Shown here: in pieces, positions 48,401-63,300 of the stretch
Layout: each line of letters opens with the position of its first letter
How positions within the stretch are numbered: the stretch's first letter is position 1
Assembly (NCBI GenBank): GCA_973895155.1
Contig: OZ316892.1
Location: 14,252,861 to 14,316,860, forward strand
Direction of reading: 5' to 3'
DNA length: 64,000 nt
DNA from: Marsupella aquatica
Taxonomy: Eukaryota; Plantae; Marchantiophyta
Notes under the pieces: generated by a model
Seen by the model: only the letters and a program-made list of their open reading frames with translations
Told to the model about the DNA's origin: nothing
The model's database searches: none
Position numbers and translations under genes: made by a program

Positions 48401-51400
48401 CCAGAAGCACAATGCTTGTTGCTAGTTTTGAGTGCCCAAATTAAATCAATAAAATTTGGATCTTATCTCAATTGTACTTAAATAGAACAAGGTTAAATCA
48501 AGTTTCATGTTGGGTGCAGGGGATAAATTTGCATGGATACAAGATGATGAGTTTGGACGTCAAACCCTAGCTGGACTAAATCCGTGTTCCATCAAACGCC
48601 TACAGGTCTTAACGACTGCTTGTCTGATTACTGTTGGGCTTCCCTCTGATGACCTGAAAATGGGATGGGATATGGTCAGACATTGCCTTCAAACATAAAA
48701 GCTGTGCTTTTAAAGATTCTCTGTGTATTAGTGAGCAAGACTGAATGATGATCTTCTACTGCAGGAATTTCCACCAGTGAGTACACTGGATAATGTTGAG
48801 CTTTATGGACCACGGGAGTCGGCCATTGAACCCCACCATATATTGGGTAGACTGGATGGCTTGTCTATTGATGAGGTGCCTTTCTCCTTTGTGAAATTTT
48901 GAATTTTCTTTGTTGTTGGAAAGCCTGATGAAGAAGACCCTGGTATTGTTTTATATTTAGAGCCAAGGTATGCATGTAAAAATTGTCATAATATTCTTTA
49001 CGTGGTTACAATAATTTTGATGAGCTTGTGATCATGTGCCAAGTGAAGCCTCCTTAGTTATAACAACAGAACTGTGTATTGTTTATGGGGTGCTCTTGGG
49101 ATGCAGGCTCTCAAGCAGGGAAGGTTGTTTATCCTGGACTACCACGATCTCTTCATGCCTTATATAAATAAAATCAACGCTCAAGTAGGACGACAAGGTT
49201 ATGCATCACGCACTCTCTTCTTCCGAACAACGGACGGCATCCTTACACCTCTGGTCATCGAGCTTAGCCTGCCTTCACCAAACCTTTCACGTCAAGTATT
49301 CGTTCCTGACAGCAACTGGTTGTGGAAACTAGCTAAGGCACATGTCAACTGCAATGATGTTGGCTATCATCAACTTGTTAGCCATTGGTAAATTATTCTC
49401 TCTTTTCCATAACCTTCTGCCAATTGAGAAATTTTTATCCGGATTTTTGTGCTGGTCTCTCTGGGACAAGTTCTTCCCTGTTACATCCCAGGGCACGAGA
49501 TCTTATCTAAAACCATTCCAGTAAATATACAATGAAATCTGACGCCTATTTATTTGCGGACTCCAAATTCGATGAAGACAGTAACTTTTAGCTGATTGGA
49601 TTGCAGGGTGCGGACTCATGCTTCCGTGGAGCCTTATGTTATCGCTACAAATCGTCAGTTGAGCCCATTGCATCCTATCTTCAAGTTGCTTCACCCTCAC
49701 TTCCGTTACACTTTGGAGATCAATGCAGCAGCACGCCAAAGCTTGATTTGTGCTAACGGGGTCATTGAAAAATCCTTTTTACCTGGTAAGTACGCAATGG
49801 AAATGAGCTCAGCAGTTTATGCTGCGAAATGGCGATTCGTTGACGAAGCTTTACCACAGGAACTCATTTCAAGGTTTGTTCTTCTCTTCACATCTTTTTC
49901 ACTGGACTGACGATGAGTGATTTTATTACTTAGATCTTATGGAAATTGCAACAGCAGAAAACGAGACTGAAACAGAAATAGCAAACACCCCTTAAACGTG
50001 TCTGTTAGACCAGGAGCCTAGGAGGGAATAGCTGGCTGTGCTGAAGGAACTCATCTTACTTCGAAGATGAGTTGCACGTTTTGAAAACCTCTGAATGCTC
50101 AGCTTCTCAAGTGGGAGGTGAACACATGGTTGAAGTCTGAGGTCTGAAGTCTGAATACTGCAGCAAAATACTTGGATGAATGAATAAATTGATTTGTAGA
50201 GTGTACGGAGGCCCAATGTGGCTCTGCACAGAAATCACGAAGTATGAAATGGTAAAAATTGAAACCGTTAGGGACAAGAGTGTGCTAAATGTGGTATTTA
50301 ATAATTAGTCTGCAAGGGAGTGATGCAAATAACTATTGCATGTAATAAAGCAGTCAATCGGATTCCAATCGTCTGAGTAATGCGTGAAATGGATATTATG
50401 CAGATGCTTCGTATGTCCGAACTCTAAATGATTTACATTCCTCTGGATCGGAAGCAAGTGTATCTGGTTCCTGTGATTTAAATCATTGATATACCTGAGT
50501 TTTTAATTTTTCGTTAAGCGTGTGCAACAACAAAAAATGTTAACAGATCTTACATTTCAGAAGCATAGGTAATGTTATTTTTTTACGAGAATTGAATAGC
50601 ACAGCATGTGAAGATCAGTGATGGTACTTACTGGTTCCAGGTATATTCGCTAATTAAGGGCAACATTTCAGGATGGAGCTCCTATCTCTCACTCACTAGT
50701 TGCTATTGTGAGCTTGATGATTGCAGGCCTCTGTTTTAGCTTGTCCTGCCAGGAGGGTTTTGGTGAAGGTTACGCACTGAGATTTTAATTGTTGGACATG
50801 TTTGGTCTTTCCAGGGGTGTGGCAGAGGAAGACCGGACATCACCGACTGGCGTGAAATTACTCATTGAAGATTACCCATATGCCAATGATGGTCTACTTG
50901 TGTGGGCTGCAATTGAGTCTTGGGTGACTGACTACATTCGAATCTACTATAAGACCTCTGAGAGCATTGAAGAAGACGAAGAGCTCCAAGAATGGTGGGA
51001 AGAGATAAGAACACGTGGCCACGCAGACAAGAAAGACGAGGAATGGTGGCCTAAGCTAGAGACTGAGCAAGACCTCATCCGAATCTTGACAACCATAATT
51101 TGGGTCACTTCTGGTCTTCATGCAGCCGTCAACTTTGGACAATATGATTATGCTGGCTATATGCCTAACAAACCAACTCTTATGCGAAGGCATATTCCTC
51201 AGCCTGGTACCCCAGAGTACACCGAATTTCTAGCCGATCCCCAGCTGTTCTTCCTCACGAGTTTGCCAAGCCAATTGCAAACCACGGTGTTGATGGCCGT
51301 ATTGGAGTCCTTGTCCACTCATTCTCCTGACGAGGAGTACCTGGGATCTGATACGTACCCCAACTGGTTTGGCTGCCCTGAGGCAGTTAAGGCATTCAAA

Positions 51401-51568
51401 GTCTTTCAAGAGAAAACGCGAGATAATGCACAAGAAATCCACAGAAGAAATGGAGATCCTCAACTGAGGAACAGGAATGGTGCAGGGATCGTTCCTTACG
51501 AGCTTTTGTTACCTTGGTCAGGGCCTGGCATCACTGGTAAAGGTATTCCTAACAGCATTTCAATATGA
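45406..51568 (+). CDS. LOX: Lipoxygenase, plastid-targeted (type II) 13-LOX-like, 9 coding exons
   Basis: Exons 45406-45796, 46530-46810, 47071-47311, 47845-48216, 48520-48605, 48765-48875, 49107-49387, 49607-49873 and 50815-51568. It has an S/R/T-rich transit-peptide-like N-terminus, a PLAT domain, [11 protein letters not shown] and the iron-ligand motifs HQLVSHW.RTH and HAAVNFGQY, with C-terminal PNSISI*. SF at the specificity position (GVIEKSF) and Ala in INAAARQSL suggest 13S specificity (inference). Confidence 0.96.
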
Positions 51569-52411
51569 GTCGAGTCTGCATACGTGTTCGTTCCTGTAGA
51601 GTTTCGCAGCTGCAGTTTTGACTATGGCGGCTCACCCTGTTTTTTGAGGATTCAGTGCTAGTTGTATTTCATAGAATAGATAGAATAGAATAGAAAAGAA
51701 TGAGAAACGCAGGTGAAACCATATGCCCTTAAGAACCCTTGAAATGTCAAATTAACATACTTGGGGGGGCATATTTCCTTGCCCACTGTTGGGATTTACA
51801 ATTAGGAAATCCATCCAGAGAAAGCAGCAACCTAAGGTGGCCTAGAAGGTACCATCAGTACCTCTAAAGTACGATCCCGACTATCCCTCCTTTGGACATA
51901 AAGCTTCCACTGAAAAGGTGATGATTCCCGACTGGTTTCACACTGGAAAGTAGGTCGTGAACCTAGCTTCTCTTCGCGCCTCACTAAAGGAGTTGTATTA
52001 CAGCTGATGACAAACAAAGCAATATTATGTACAAACTCTTTGTTCCCTGACTGAAATGGCTTTCGTTCTGTACGTTGACCTTTTCCGACTCCTTGTGAAT
52101 TGGGCGTTCAAATTTCGATGCATGTGCACACACTTTGTGCCAACCTAGCGTATTGTAGCAAGTGAAGAGAATCGAATGTGATCAAGGCAGTGGGTGATCA
52201 ACGCAGTGGAAGTAATCACTTACGGTAGGTCTCTTAGCTATTTCTTGAACAAGATTGACAAGAACTTTTGAGTGAATAAGAAAGTAGCTACAGTAGATAA
52301 TATCCCAAATAACAGGTTCAGTGTCTACAATAATAATAGCATTTGTACAAGAAGAAGTTGGAAAACAATCACTAGTACTCAAAAGGCTTTGACAAGCCTT
52401 AGCATTCCACT

Positions 52412-53146
52412 CTGGTATATGCTTAATAGACCCCCAAAGTTGATCTTTTATCCAGTAGACCCTCTGACCTTTTTTGTGAAATGTTCTTGTATGGGGCATT
52501 ATACCGTATAAAGTGGAATATGAGAATGTGAACCCAGTTTGTGGCCGCATAACTGTGTACTGAGACTCTTAGGGATGTTAGTTGTTGGAGACGACAATGC
52601 CTCTGCCAGTGTGCATCCTTGGCGGAGAGGGGATCTTTGTGAAGTGGACATTCCTAAATGTGACAGGTTACCACCACGGGATAGAGCGTGCCCAAGCAGG
52701 AGGCCGCAATCGCTCATGGATTCAATATGTGGCCAGGATACTTGATGAGAAGCCGAAGGTCGAGCCAAAGGTGTGTAAGAATTTAACGTTGTCAATGGTC
52801 GTTCCTGTTACTTTACTGTTTATCCTTGTGTGTCCACTTCCAATCACGGCCATGTTAATGGCTGCTTTGTTGAAAATATGTACGCAAAGTGTCGTCAATT
52901 GTTGGCAGTAGAGGCACCCCTAAACCGAAACGACGCCCACATCCACATCCTTTGTAATCCCAAAAGCATTTGAATCCATGCAGGCAACATGACTGCGGCG
53001 TACCATGGGTTCAAATCTTAGCAAACTTAAGTTCACCATGGTCAACTCTCACAGTAGTGCTCCTCACAAGAACTGTCTGTAAGAAATAGTCAGAGTGGAT
53101 CCATTGGGTAACAAATGAACTTTGGGGTTTATCAAGCATGTATTTT
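52412..53146. mobile_element. Second, more decayed Mutator-like element related to 27243-28716
   Basis: The left end ggtatatgcttaatagacccccaaagttgatc... and the reverse complement of the right end aatacatgcttgataaaccccaaagttcattt... are similar to each other and to the TIR of the first element. Internal ~52570-52795 aligns with the reverse complement of ~27990-28215. No TSD was resolved. Confidence 0.7.
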
Positions 53147-56100
53147 TTATCTTTCCTAACCATTGCACTCTATGATTTGAGGAGGTGGGAGTGGAAAAGA
53201 ACTTGGAGGACAACTCAGAGAACTTGCACACTGGTGGCCCTCAGGTCAAGTCCACCATCGCCTGCACTAGGCATCACTATCATGTCCGTGAATCATGTGA
53301 ATCCGACAGTTGGCGGTTTATTGTGCATGTGCCCTTCAACAAGGGCGTCTAGGCCTCATTTAGCCACCCCAATATACCCATCTAAAGGCCCAGAAGAATG
53401 CTGATTAGATCAGATGGCCATCAACAATTCCTTGGGAAAACATTTGTGTATGCTGACCCATATTGGCCAGCTGGTGAGATTGCATATAATTATAAAAAGT
53501 AGAATGAGGTAGGGTGGCCACTAGCCTAAGTAACTCAAAATCTTGCCACTGACCTTCAACTTACCTCGTTCTACTTTTCCTTTATTACAAGAACACAGCA
53601 TTAGGATTTTGACCTGACCACTTTATCCCAACTTGTCTAGTTTAATTCAGTTATTGGATTCAAATTTTTAATCAGTTTGTAACACAAGAAGCTTAGATTA
53701 TTTTATAATTGAACGTTAATTTCACCAGCACACTTTGTGAATCAACCTCTCCCTTGACTCCTCCCTTGCTATTTTTGGGCTATTTCCTTGACCCACTGAT
53801 CCAGATGAATGGGGGATTTTACCCTCCAACTTCTTTGCTCATGGTAGATTATAGACAGTTTCACAAGCCAAGAAAGAGAGTTTGCTCTCATTCTGCTCCA
53901 AAATTCCATCAAAGGATCCCACTGGTGGTTTTCTGGAAACTATTCCCTCTTGCCCCTATTCTCCTTAGCTCATACTCTTGATTATGCACTCAGGCAGGAA
54001 TTTTTGACTCCTCACTCACATCACAAAAATGATTTTGTATCGTTTTGATGATTATTGAATGTAGAATATGAGGTCTCTTCTGTGACCCTCAAGCAATAAT
54101 GTTCACCTAAAATATTGGATATACAATTATAATGACATTAAAGATACATTATATTAGATGTTAACATCCAAAACACTTGTCAATACAACATATTTTTCTT
54201 TACCAATAGTTAATTGGATATCAAATGAATATGCAAACCACTTTTGTCATGCACACCGTCCCATTCTACTCATGATTCTAACCAGACCAATGGTTTGCAT
54301 GCATTCACAACACTGAGCAATCACAATCACACTTTTAGTTCCTTTTGAATTCATTGGTACTTGATTTTACAATATCTTACTAAGTTACCCTCCAAAACTG
54401 CATCTCTTGCTGCATGTTATGGTTGCAAAGGTGTCTTCATTTTGGTTCAGTAGTTGTTGCTGCGAATATGTTATCACTTTGGTTGATGATGTTATTACAA
54501 AGGTGATGTTATCCCATTCTCAAATTTCAGTTTGTTGCAAAACTGCTGTCATTGTTGGGGAGGGTTATGGGCACCAAAAGATATATACCCCTTTAATTTT
54601 CTCCCCTCCCCTCCCCTCTCCTAGTTCCTTTCTCTTATATGTCTCTTATATGCATGGGGGTTGCAGAGGGACTTGAGGGTGGCTGAGGATTGCAGAGGGC
54701 GGGTGAGCAAGGCGGAGGGCAGGTGGATGAGGCATGTGAGGGATTAGGAAGGTGTTTTGGGCAGATCTGTTGATGTGGGAAAAACACCTTATCACTGAAT
54801 GACCATGATTTGTTTCCACCCAATTGCTTTTTGTAAACAGACCCCTGAAGAAAAAGTGGTAGAATTGGATGTTATTCTCTAATTTGTTTGCATTTAAAAT
54901 ATGGAAAGTGAGATTGTCAGCTTTTAAATAAATGATATTATTTCCCCGTGGTAGCAATAGTCTCAACCCATTGGTGGTGTGGTCCACAAGTATGTATCAT
55001 TCTCTTCTCGTAATTCCTGGCTGGTGCGTTTTTAGGCCTATGAAATCCAATTCCCATTTTCTAGAATAAGTACGTCACAATGATTGGGTGTAGCTCTTGG
55101 TTTTCCTGTAAAGGCCCACCATCTGACACTGATCACAGTCAAGCCTTTTGATATTCATGTATATTCATGTATGGCCTAGTGCATTATTTTTCTCCCACCA
55201 TTAAGACCTGCTGCAAAACCTTGCAGTTTACTTATCAGTCAGTGCTGAAGTGCCCTCCTCGTCTCCGTCAGGGGTAGCCCTCAAAATAGTCAGTTGTGCA
55301 TCCACAGGAACCTCTCAGTCTCATAAGAATGGTATCGGCTGCCTTCTGACAAGTGACCCAATAAATACGTCAGTCTCAAGGGGGTCAGTTTTTGTTAGGC
55401 CACCCCCAATCACCGATATAATTGTGAGTTGTTTGTGTAAGTACCCCTAACCGAATCATGTGATGACATGTGATATTTCTGAACTTTAAAATATCACCAC
55501 ACCTTACCCCGCACCTTACGCTATTAAGTACATAGTCAAAAACAAATCCCCAATCTCACATGTTGTCAAGTATAAATCCTATAATAATTACTCTAAGTGG
55601 TAGAATAGATTGATTTTGCTATGGGGTGCCTACAACTTAGAAATCCTTTCCCTTATGGGTTCGGAATTGACCACAAAAACCATATCAATACTAATTAAAT
55701 GTCACTTGTTAACAAATAGGCGTAAAGGGGAAGTTTCATTCTGCAGCTAATTGCTCATATTATTGATTCTTTTATGTTCACATTTTGATTTTGAGAAACG
55801 TCTAATGTGATTGATTCAAAAAATTTCCAGTAGAAAGTATACCTGGGTTTTGGCTTTTTATCTGACTTCAATCTGCTCCATTGATTTCTATTTGCATATA
55901 CCTATTCTCATCAAAATAGTCAGACCTTCAATCTCGTCAAAATGCAATGCAAGATTGTCTCTCCTTCTCTCTTTCCTTGTTTGATAAGTCTTTCTGTTCC
56001 TCAAAAGCTTCAATCACAAATTTAGCTGCATCCTTTCATGATTGTATTCTCCGCCCAGACTGTTTTGTGCACTACAATGCTTTTAAAAATATCATCAATC

Positions 56101-56972
56101 ATTAATCAAAGGGTTTGCCAGAAACAGTTTAAAAACGCTTTGCAGGGTTTCTACAGTTCTTTGCAGTTGACCTTGACCCTCATCATGGTCAATCTATGGG
56201 CACACTAAATGGTAGCTTTCTACATGGCAAGAATGACTTATTCCCCAATTATGATCTTGCTATCTACTAGAGAAGAAAATTTATTTAGTGCAATTGATAT
56301 ATATAGCATACTCATCATGGAAAATACTTGATATTTTGTCTTGTAGTGATATTATCTTGTAGTGATATGTAAGTGGATCAAATATGAGAGTAAAACTAGA
56401 ATAGGACATGCAAAGAGAAGCACATAATGACCAATGAAGGTGCTATGACACAAAGGCACTAGGATGTGTGTACTTAATTCAACTGCCTTATTAATGACAC
56501 TCAATTCAATAAAATACACAAACTTAGAGAAGAAAGTCATGAGGGGAACTTAAGACACCATGTGTTCATGGTTTATTTCATGGTTTATTTAGAATCATTT
56601 TTTCTTTCATGAGAAAAACTTAAAAACTTTGTTCAAGTGATGGAATTGAAGTCATTGTGAATAAAAATTAAGAGGGCTGCCAAAATGAGTTCAAAATTCT
56701 CTAAGATACCAAAAATTAAAGGGGTTAAAAAATTAATTAAAATATATATAATACAAAGGATGCCCCTTGATAAGGCACATTGAAATAAAAACACATGACA
56801 CAAAAATTATGAATAAGACTAAATCTGAAAAGTGCATTCACCATATTATAGGAGACAATATCTATGCACATTAATGAATAATCCTGAGTGTAGGACCAGG
56901 GATTGGAGGCCACTTCCCACTGCCCATAGCCATTTCCCATCCGTGATATAAATATAAGTACAAATGATGCTA

Positions 56973-57354
56973 CACTGTTCACCGTAATTAGTGTGAGTAA
57001 CACTAATTCGAGAGCGCCCATTTTCAGGGTCTACTCGTGAATTAGTGTTAGTCACACTAATTTTGTGCTAACACTATTTTCGCGCACATGAATTAGTGTT
57101 ACTATGGTCTTAAAAGTGGCAAAATACAAAGAAAAAAACTATTTTAAAAAATCCACAACAATTAGTGTTACTTTGGACTAGAGATCATCCATTTTTTACA
57201 AGCAATTTAAACTAAACTGAAAAAAATTCATTTTGAAAACCGACAAAAATTAGTGTTACTTGGACTCAAAATCATTTTTACCAAAATTAGTGTTAGTAAC
57301 ACTAATTTTGTACTAACACTAATTCTTGCATAACACTAATTACGGTGAACAGTG
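56973..57354. mobile_element. MITE, 382 bp, with CACTG termini and TA flanks
   Basis: Perfect 22-bp TIR cactgttcaccgtaattagtgt...acactaattacggtgaacagtg, with TA on both sides (56971-56972, 57355-57356). About a dozen internal copies of AATTAGTGTTA or close variants occur in both orientations. Confidence 0.9.
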
Positions 57355-60302
57355 TAGAATGTGGAAGAGATGTTGGGTTAATTACTGGTGGGGCAGAAAA
57401 GTGGTGCCAAGCACATGCGAGGTTCAAATAGGGTAAGCCCCAATCTTCCTTTGACACAAACCCCACTGACCCCCAAAAGTGGATCATTCACTTCACTTTC
57501 ACACTTTATAATAATATTTCACAATGACTAACTTTTAGCGGGCAGCACGTAGAGAGTATTGTGGGCAGGAAGTGTGGTAAGCTCATGCATGAGCCTTCAT
57601 ATGATCCTTTGCATTGAACTAATTTTGGATGAAAGTTCTTGGAGAACTTATCAAAGATCTTTAAACCTCCTTGTGCTGTCTTCTGCCTGGCCCCACTGCT
57701 TATTGAGCTAGTTTGAGGCCCCAAATATTCCACAAGATAGATGAACACTCCACTACAATTAGGGTACCTAAGATCATCCCCACCACAATGCCATTCCACA
57801 TCCATTATTAGAGCGTGTCCTAATTCTATCCCTGCCCATAATATAGGAATTTGGTGATTGAGCTGCACTCAACCAAGACTTCTGCCAGATTATTTGTGGC
57901 GATCCAGGTGTGTCACAATGACATGATCCACTCTGTCCACACAATTTGGTGTGAATGAGTGGGCCGTCTCAAAGCTTAGAATTTGATGGACCTTCACTCC
58001 ATAGTTAAGGGTTACTTACTAACAAATTCATAGTCCATAACTTGTTGCCATAACTATTAGTCATAATTATGCCACTAGTCAGTGTAGAGGCTGTGAAAAA
58101 ATAAAAATAATTTTGTTTACATAACCTTGTGAAAAAATTATGACCATTCCTTTATGGCCGAAAGACATCATCCCTCATTTGGAAGGTTTGAGATGCCTTA
58201 ATTAAGTCTGTGGGTATGCAAGAAACTTTAGGACCAACTCCAGCCCAAGTGTACAACTATACGCCCTCTGTCATGCAAATGGACCTTTAGACACTGAATT
58301 TTTTGCCCCCCCCCCCCCTGCATGGGTTCAGGGTTTAATAGGTGGGAGCTACTGACATTGATCTGATAATCATTTTCCCAGTGATGCGCCTACAGATTTC
58401 ACTTGAGGAACCCAAATGCGTGAAAATGACCTCTTCAGACAACTGAATCATTGTTGTATTTTTTAGATTGGTGCCTTTTCGAGCAATAGTTTACAGAATG
58501 CAATCATAGGACCGCTATCTACACTAGGAGGCCACCCTGATGAGTCTCTAGTACTCAAGAGATTCGAGATTGGTCAAGGACCGTGTCCAGAGGGTTTTTT
58601 TTCGCAAATAAGCTGCAAACATTCAATTTCAAGAATGGTGGTACCTCAAGGCCATTCTGTACTGTTGCATCTGGTTGTGTACTAATACAGAGACGCCAAC
58701 AACATAGAGACGGAACAGTCCGTAGTAGTGAATTCATGGCTCTGCATCGATATCGTAGTGCAGATGGGCGGTTGCGATTGAACTATTAGGCTCGTGTGAG
58801 ATTCATTATTGACGACACCCATCTTTATTGGCTGGTCAGTGCGGTGACGATGGTTATAATTACACAGATTAGAGAGTACAGTTTGGAGGGGCTTCGAAGT
58901 GAGTTCGAAATGGGAAATCGTGACCCCCATCGCAGCCGTTCGAGCTCGGAGATGAGCAGTTGAAATGAATCCGTCATAAGCTTAGTCTGTACGCTCTTAA
59001 GGCTTACACATGCGATGATAGCGAGTCGGAACGACATTACGATTCTGGCCATGATGGGAGGTGCAGTACCACAGTCTACTGTGGGTACGGTTGGCCAGCT
59101 TTGTCTGAACCGAGCGAGAGAGAGAGTAGTGGGCGGGAGGACGCGGAGAGAGTGAGTGATTGAGAGATTCCTGAGTAATCACGAGAGGGAATGTGAGCTG
59201 AGCGATAGGAGACTTCCCTGCTGCTGCTGCTGTTGTGCTGCTGTCTGCCTCACCAGCGGCGCCTGAGCGACTGTCGAAAACTGTTCGGAAACAATCATCG
59301 TAAGCTGCTCCAATGCAAAACCAATCCAGTACTACGGAGTCAGAAATAATACATCATATTGGCCGAACTGAGCTGTCCTGACGGAGACTATCACAACGTC
59401 GTAGACGCAATGACTGGGGCCGACGATATCAAATCGAACCCAGAAGAAGTGGAAGTGGGGAGTGAACGAACATTATTCGGGTTTCGAGTACTGAGAAGGC
59501 AGCTGCAGTGCTCCTAGTTAAGCTTGTGCGTTAGTGGTTTCAATTTTTGGAATGGATTTTTTCTGCCACTGTGAGACCGTGCACGCCACGTTCATACCTG
59601 CACATGTAGTTGGAATTGGTTTTGTTCACTTCACTTGTCTGCTTTCCCGCATTTACGTGCATTGAGGATCATCTAATCTACTGATAGGCCAAACCTGCAG
59701 TGCACTAATGCTGCATTCGACAGTTCACTGATTAATTCTGGAAGGCGAGTTTCGCGCTCTATTTGGCTTATAGAGTTCACTCTTCACAAATGCTCCTACA
59801 GACAGCGAGGGCTTGTGTATAGCGCACTTGCTTTCTTTGTTACTGGGCGACCTTCAGTTCTGTGGACAGGATTGGGAGGTAAGGTTGAGTGGGAGTGAGC
59901 TATCGCGCAGTTGAGTCCGAGCTTTGAAGGCCGTTGTCCAACAAGCTGATGAAAGAAGCTGATGACGCAGCGGATGGGTCACGGCCCGACAAGAGAGAAC
60001 TTCTGATGGAGAGCAGCGCAGGAGAGTCCCTTAGGTAGGATAGGAGAAACTGGAGCTAGAAAAAGCTATACCGGCGCGGAAGCGCCAGAGAGTGACAGAG
60101 AGAGAAAGTTGGGAAGGGGGTCGATAAGTGTACTTGCAAGGCAGGAAGGGAAGAGACTGAATGAGTTCATTTGCAAGCAAGGAAGGGAGTTTCAGAAGTT
60201 ATTACGCTTTCAAGACCCAGCAGTGCATATTTGCCTAGAGTGGTTGGTCGAGAAAGAAAACATAGCTGGAGCTGGTTCAATTGTTTTGTGTTTTGGAAAG
60301 CC

Positions 60303-63300
60303 ATGCCTCGCGGTCTGTGGGCAATGGCTCTCTTCATTGCGAGTCTTGCAAGCTTGTTCATGGGAGCTTATCTGCAGCCCTGCGGAAACCCTCAAGTGAC
60401 TGAGGCTTCGTCTGTTAATATTCTCCTGGTTGTGAAGCAAAAGCTAGGGGACTCTACTGGCCAACTCAAGGATTGGGTATCCACGGACTCATCTCCTTGC
60501 CTGTGGACCGGGGTTACATGCAGCCCCTTCACATCGGCCACGGGGAACGTTTCTGCCACTGTCACAGGCTTGGATCTTTCAAACAAGAATCTCACTGGCT
60601 ACATTCCCGATGAAGTCGGTCTTCTCTCAGCCCTTCAGTCGCTGGATTTGAACAACAATGGTCTCACAGGTTATGTCGCAGAAGGAATTACGAACCTTAC
60701 TTGTTTGACTTTTCTTAACCTCACTTCTAATTATTTGAATGGAAGCTTGCCGTCTGGCATATCATCTTTGACATTCTTACAGCAACTAGATCTTTACGAC
60801 AATCTGTATAGCGGCCAGTTACCGGATGAGATTGGGAATTTGACACGGCTCGTTTACCTACATCTGGGAGGAAATGCGTTCCACTCGGACATTCCAGCGA
60901 GTTACTGGGGTTTGACCAAGCTCACGTTTCTAAACCTTGCAGGAAACAAACTTACCGGGTCGGTTCCCTCAAGTATTGGCAATCTCACGTCTTTGCAATG
61001 GTTGGAAATTGGATACAATCGTTTCGATACTCAGCTTCCAAGTGATCTAGGCAAATTAGTATCTCTTACTTACTTGGACTTCTCCGGGGCCAATGTCAGC
61101 GGGACCATTCCTCCTGAGATAGGTCTGCTCACCAATCTAAACTCCCTCTTTCTCTTCGACAATCGACTCTCTGGCCCCATACCTGCAGAAATTGGCAATA
61201 TCACAGGCCTCTGGAGTCTTGATCTGTCCAACAACAGCTTGAATGGGTCTATCCCATCAGAACTTGGTGGTATGCGGCAGCTCAGACTTTTGAGTCTGTG
61301 GGCTAATAATCTCACTGGGCCAATTCCTTTAGCGGTTGGGGACCTTCCGCATCTTCTCACTTTACTCCTTTGGAACAACTCTTTGGACGGAGGTCTACCC
61401 CAACAGTTGGGGGAGAGTTCCAGCCTTGGTCATCTTGATGTTTCCACCAACCTTTTGAGCGGAGATATCCCACCCAACCTCTGCAAGTCGGGTGCACTTT
61501 GGAGGCTTATCCTTTTCAACAATGCCTTCTCTGGTTCAGTTCCCCTTGCTCTGGCTCAATGTCCTAGCTTGTACCGTGTTCGACTACAGAACAATCAACT
61601 GACCGGGACCTTGCCGTCGGGATTTGGGTATTTGCCTTATCTTACCTATTTGGACTTGTCAAGGAACTTGCTGAATGGGAGCTTTCCCACGGACATTGTT
61701 AGCGCTTCCGAGTTGACTTTTGTGGATTTTTCTCAGAACAACATTTCCGGGAGCCTCCCTTCTAGCGACGCAGTGTGGACGTTCTACAACCTGCAAGAGT
61801 TCTACGCAACGGGTAATAAACTGGACGGGGGTATCTCTCCACAGTTTGGAAACGTCTCCACGTTGAGTGTCTTGGACCTTTCTGCTAATCTCTTCTCTGG
61901 GACTATACCGCCGTCTCTCTCCAATTGCTCCAAGCTTGTCGACCTCAATTTGAGCTCTAACAGCCTCACAGGAGAAATTCCCCCTATCTTTGGAAACATG
62001 ATGGACTTGGCATCGCTGGACCTGTCCCTGAACGCATTGACTGGGGAGATTCCGCTGACATTGCAGAACCTATCCACTCTGGATACTCTAAACTTCTCCT
62101 ACAACGACCTTCAAGGTCCAGTGCCAACTTCAGGGGTGTTCCGATTCTTGAATGTGAGCTCCTTTTACGGCAATCCAGACTTGTGCGGTCCCAAAGTCCT
62201 TCATCCTTGTCGTCCTGATTTGAAGAAAGGCAAACACGGAGGTCTCGTTGCCTTCTTGGTCTCCGGAATTTTCCTCGCTGCCGTGGGTGTTCTCATTGTT
62301 GGGGCGTGCTGCTTCTATAAGAAGTACCACCGGCGAATAAGCCGTCTACTGCTGAAGGGGAGCGCGCAAGTGGAGTGGCCTTGGAGTCTCACTACGTTTC
62401 AGCGACTAAACTTCTCCGTCGACGAAGTAGTGGGCTGTCTCAAAGAGAGCAACGTAATCGGCATGGGTGGGGCCGGGACTGTTTACAAGGGTGAGTTCCC
62501 TGGTGGAGAAATTGTGGCAGTTAAAAGGCTCTGGGTCAGTCGAAAGCCGGAGGTCCACGTTGCGAAAGACCAAGGTTTTTCGGCGGAGGTTGATCTGTTG
62601 GGCAGCATTCGCCACAGGAACATTGTACGTTTGTTGGGTTTCTGTTCAAACCACGAGACCAATCTTCTAGTCTACGAGTACATGCCGAACGGTAGCCTTG
62701 GCGAGCTTCTTCACGGATGGAAAAACTCAACCAAGCGAGACGGGAAGGAGCTGAACGTCCTTGCGGACTGGTTGACAAGGTACAATGTAGCTATGGGCGT
62801 CGCTCAAGGGCTTGCATATTTGCACCACGATTGTTCTCCTCCTATCATACACAGGGATGTCAAATCTAATAATATATTATTGGACATCCATATGGAGGCG
62901 CGAGTTGCGGATTTCGGTCTCGCGAAGCTGTTGGAGAGTAACCAGTCTATGTCTCTCGTCGCTGGGTCTTACGGCTACATCGCGCCGGGTACTCGCTCAC
63001 TCTAACTCTAAAGACCTGCACTTTGAAAATGTATGTGCCAGTATGACGCGGGTGTGGTTCCCGCTCTCATGCATGTGTAGTCTTGTGGTTCGAGCTTTGG
63101 TGGCATTTCTTTTCTGGTCAAGCGGTTAGCTTTTACGACCGCTACCACATTCTGTTGGCTTTGCTTGGTGTGTCCTGTATGCAAGGTAAATCTGTGTCAT
63201 GAACCAACTGATGTGGTTGACGCGGAGTGTATTTCTAGCCGATGTATTTGCTAGCAAGCGGTGGTTGAAGGCTCTACTTATTGTTATCTAAAGACAAAAA

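Noticed and set aside
55268-55450. Possible Tourist/Harbinger MITE (aggggta...tacccct)
   Set aside because: Inverted similarity is limited to about 7 bp plus scattered matches, and the flanks do not form a clear TSD.
56986-57341. Regularly recurring AATTAGTGTTA units as a CRISPR-like array
   Set aside because: Units are only 11 bp, in both orientations with irregular spacing, inside TIRs in a eukaryotic genome with no cas genes. They are subterminal TE repeats.
60171-60302. 44-aa N-terminal extension of the RLK in the ORF track
   Set aside because: It starts at TTG. The first in-frame ATG (60303) directly precedes a signal-peptide-like segment.
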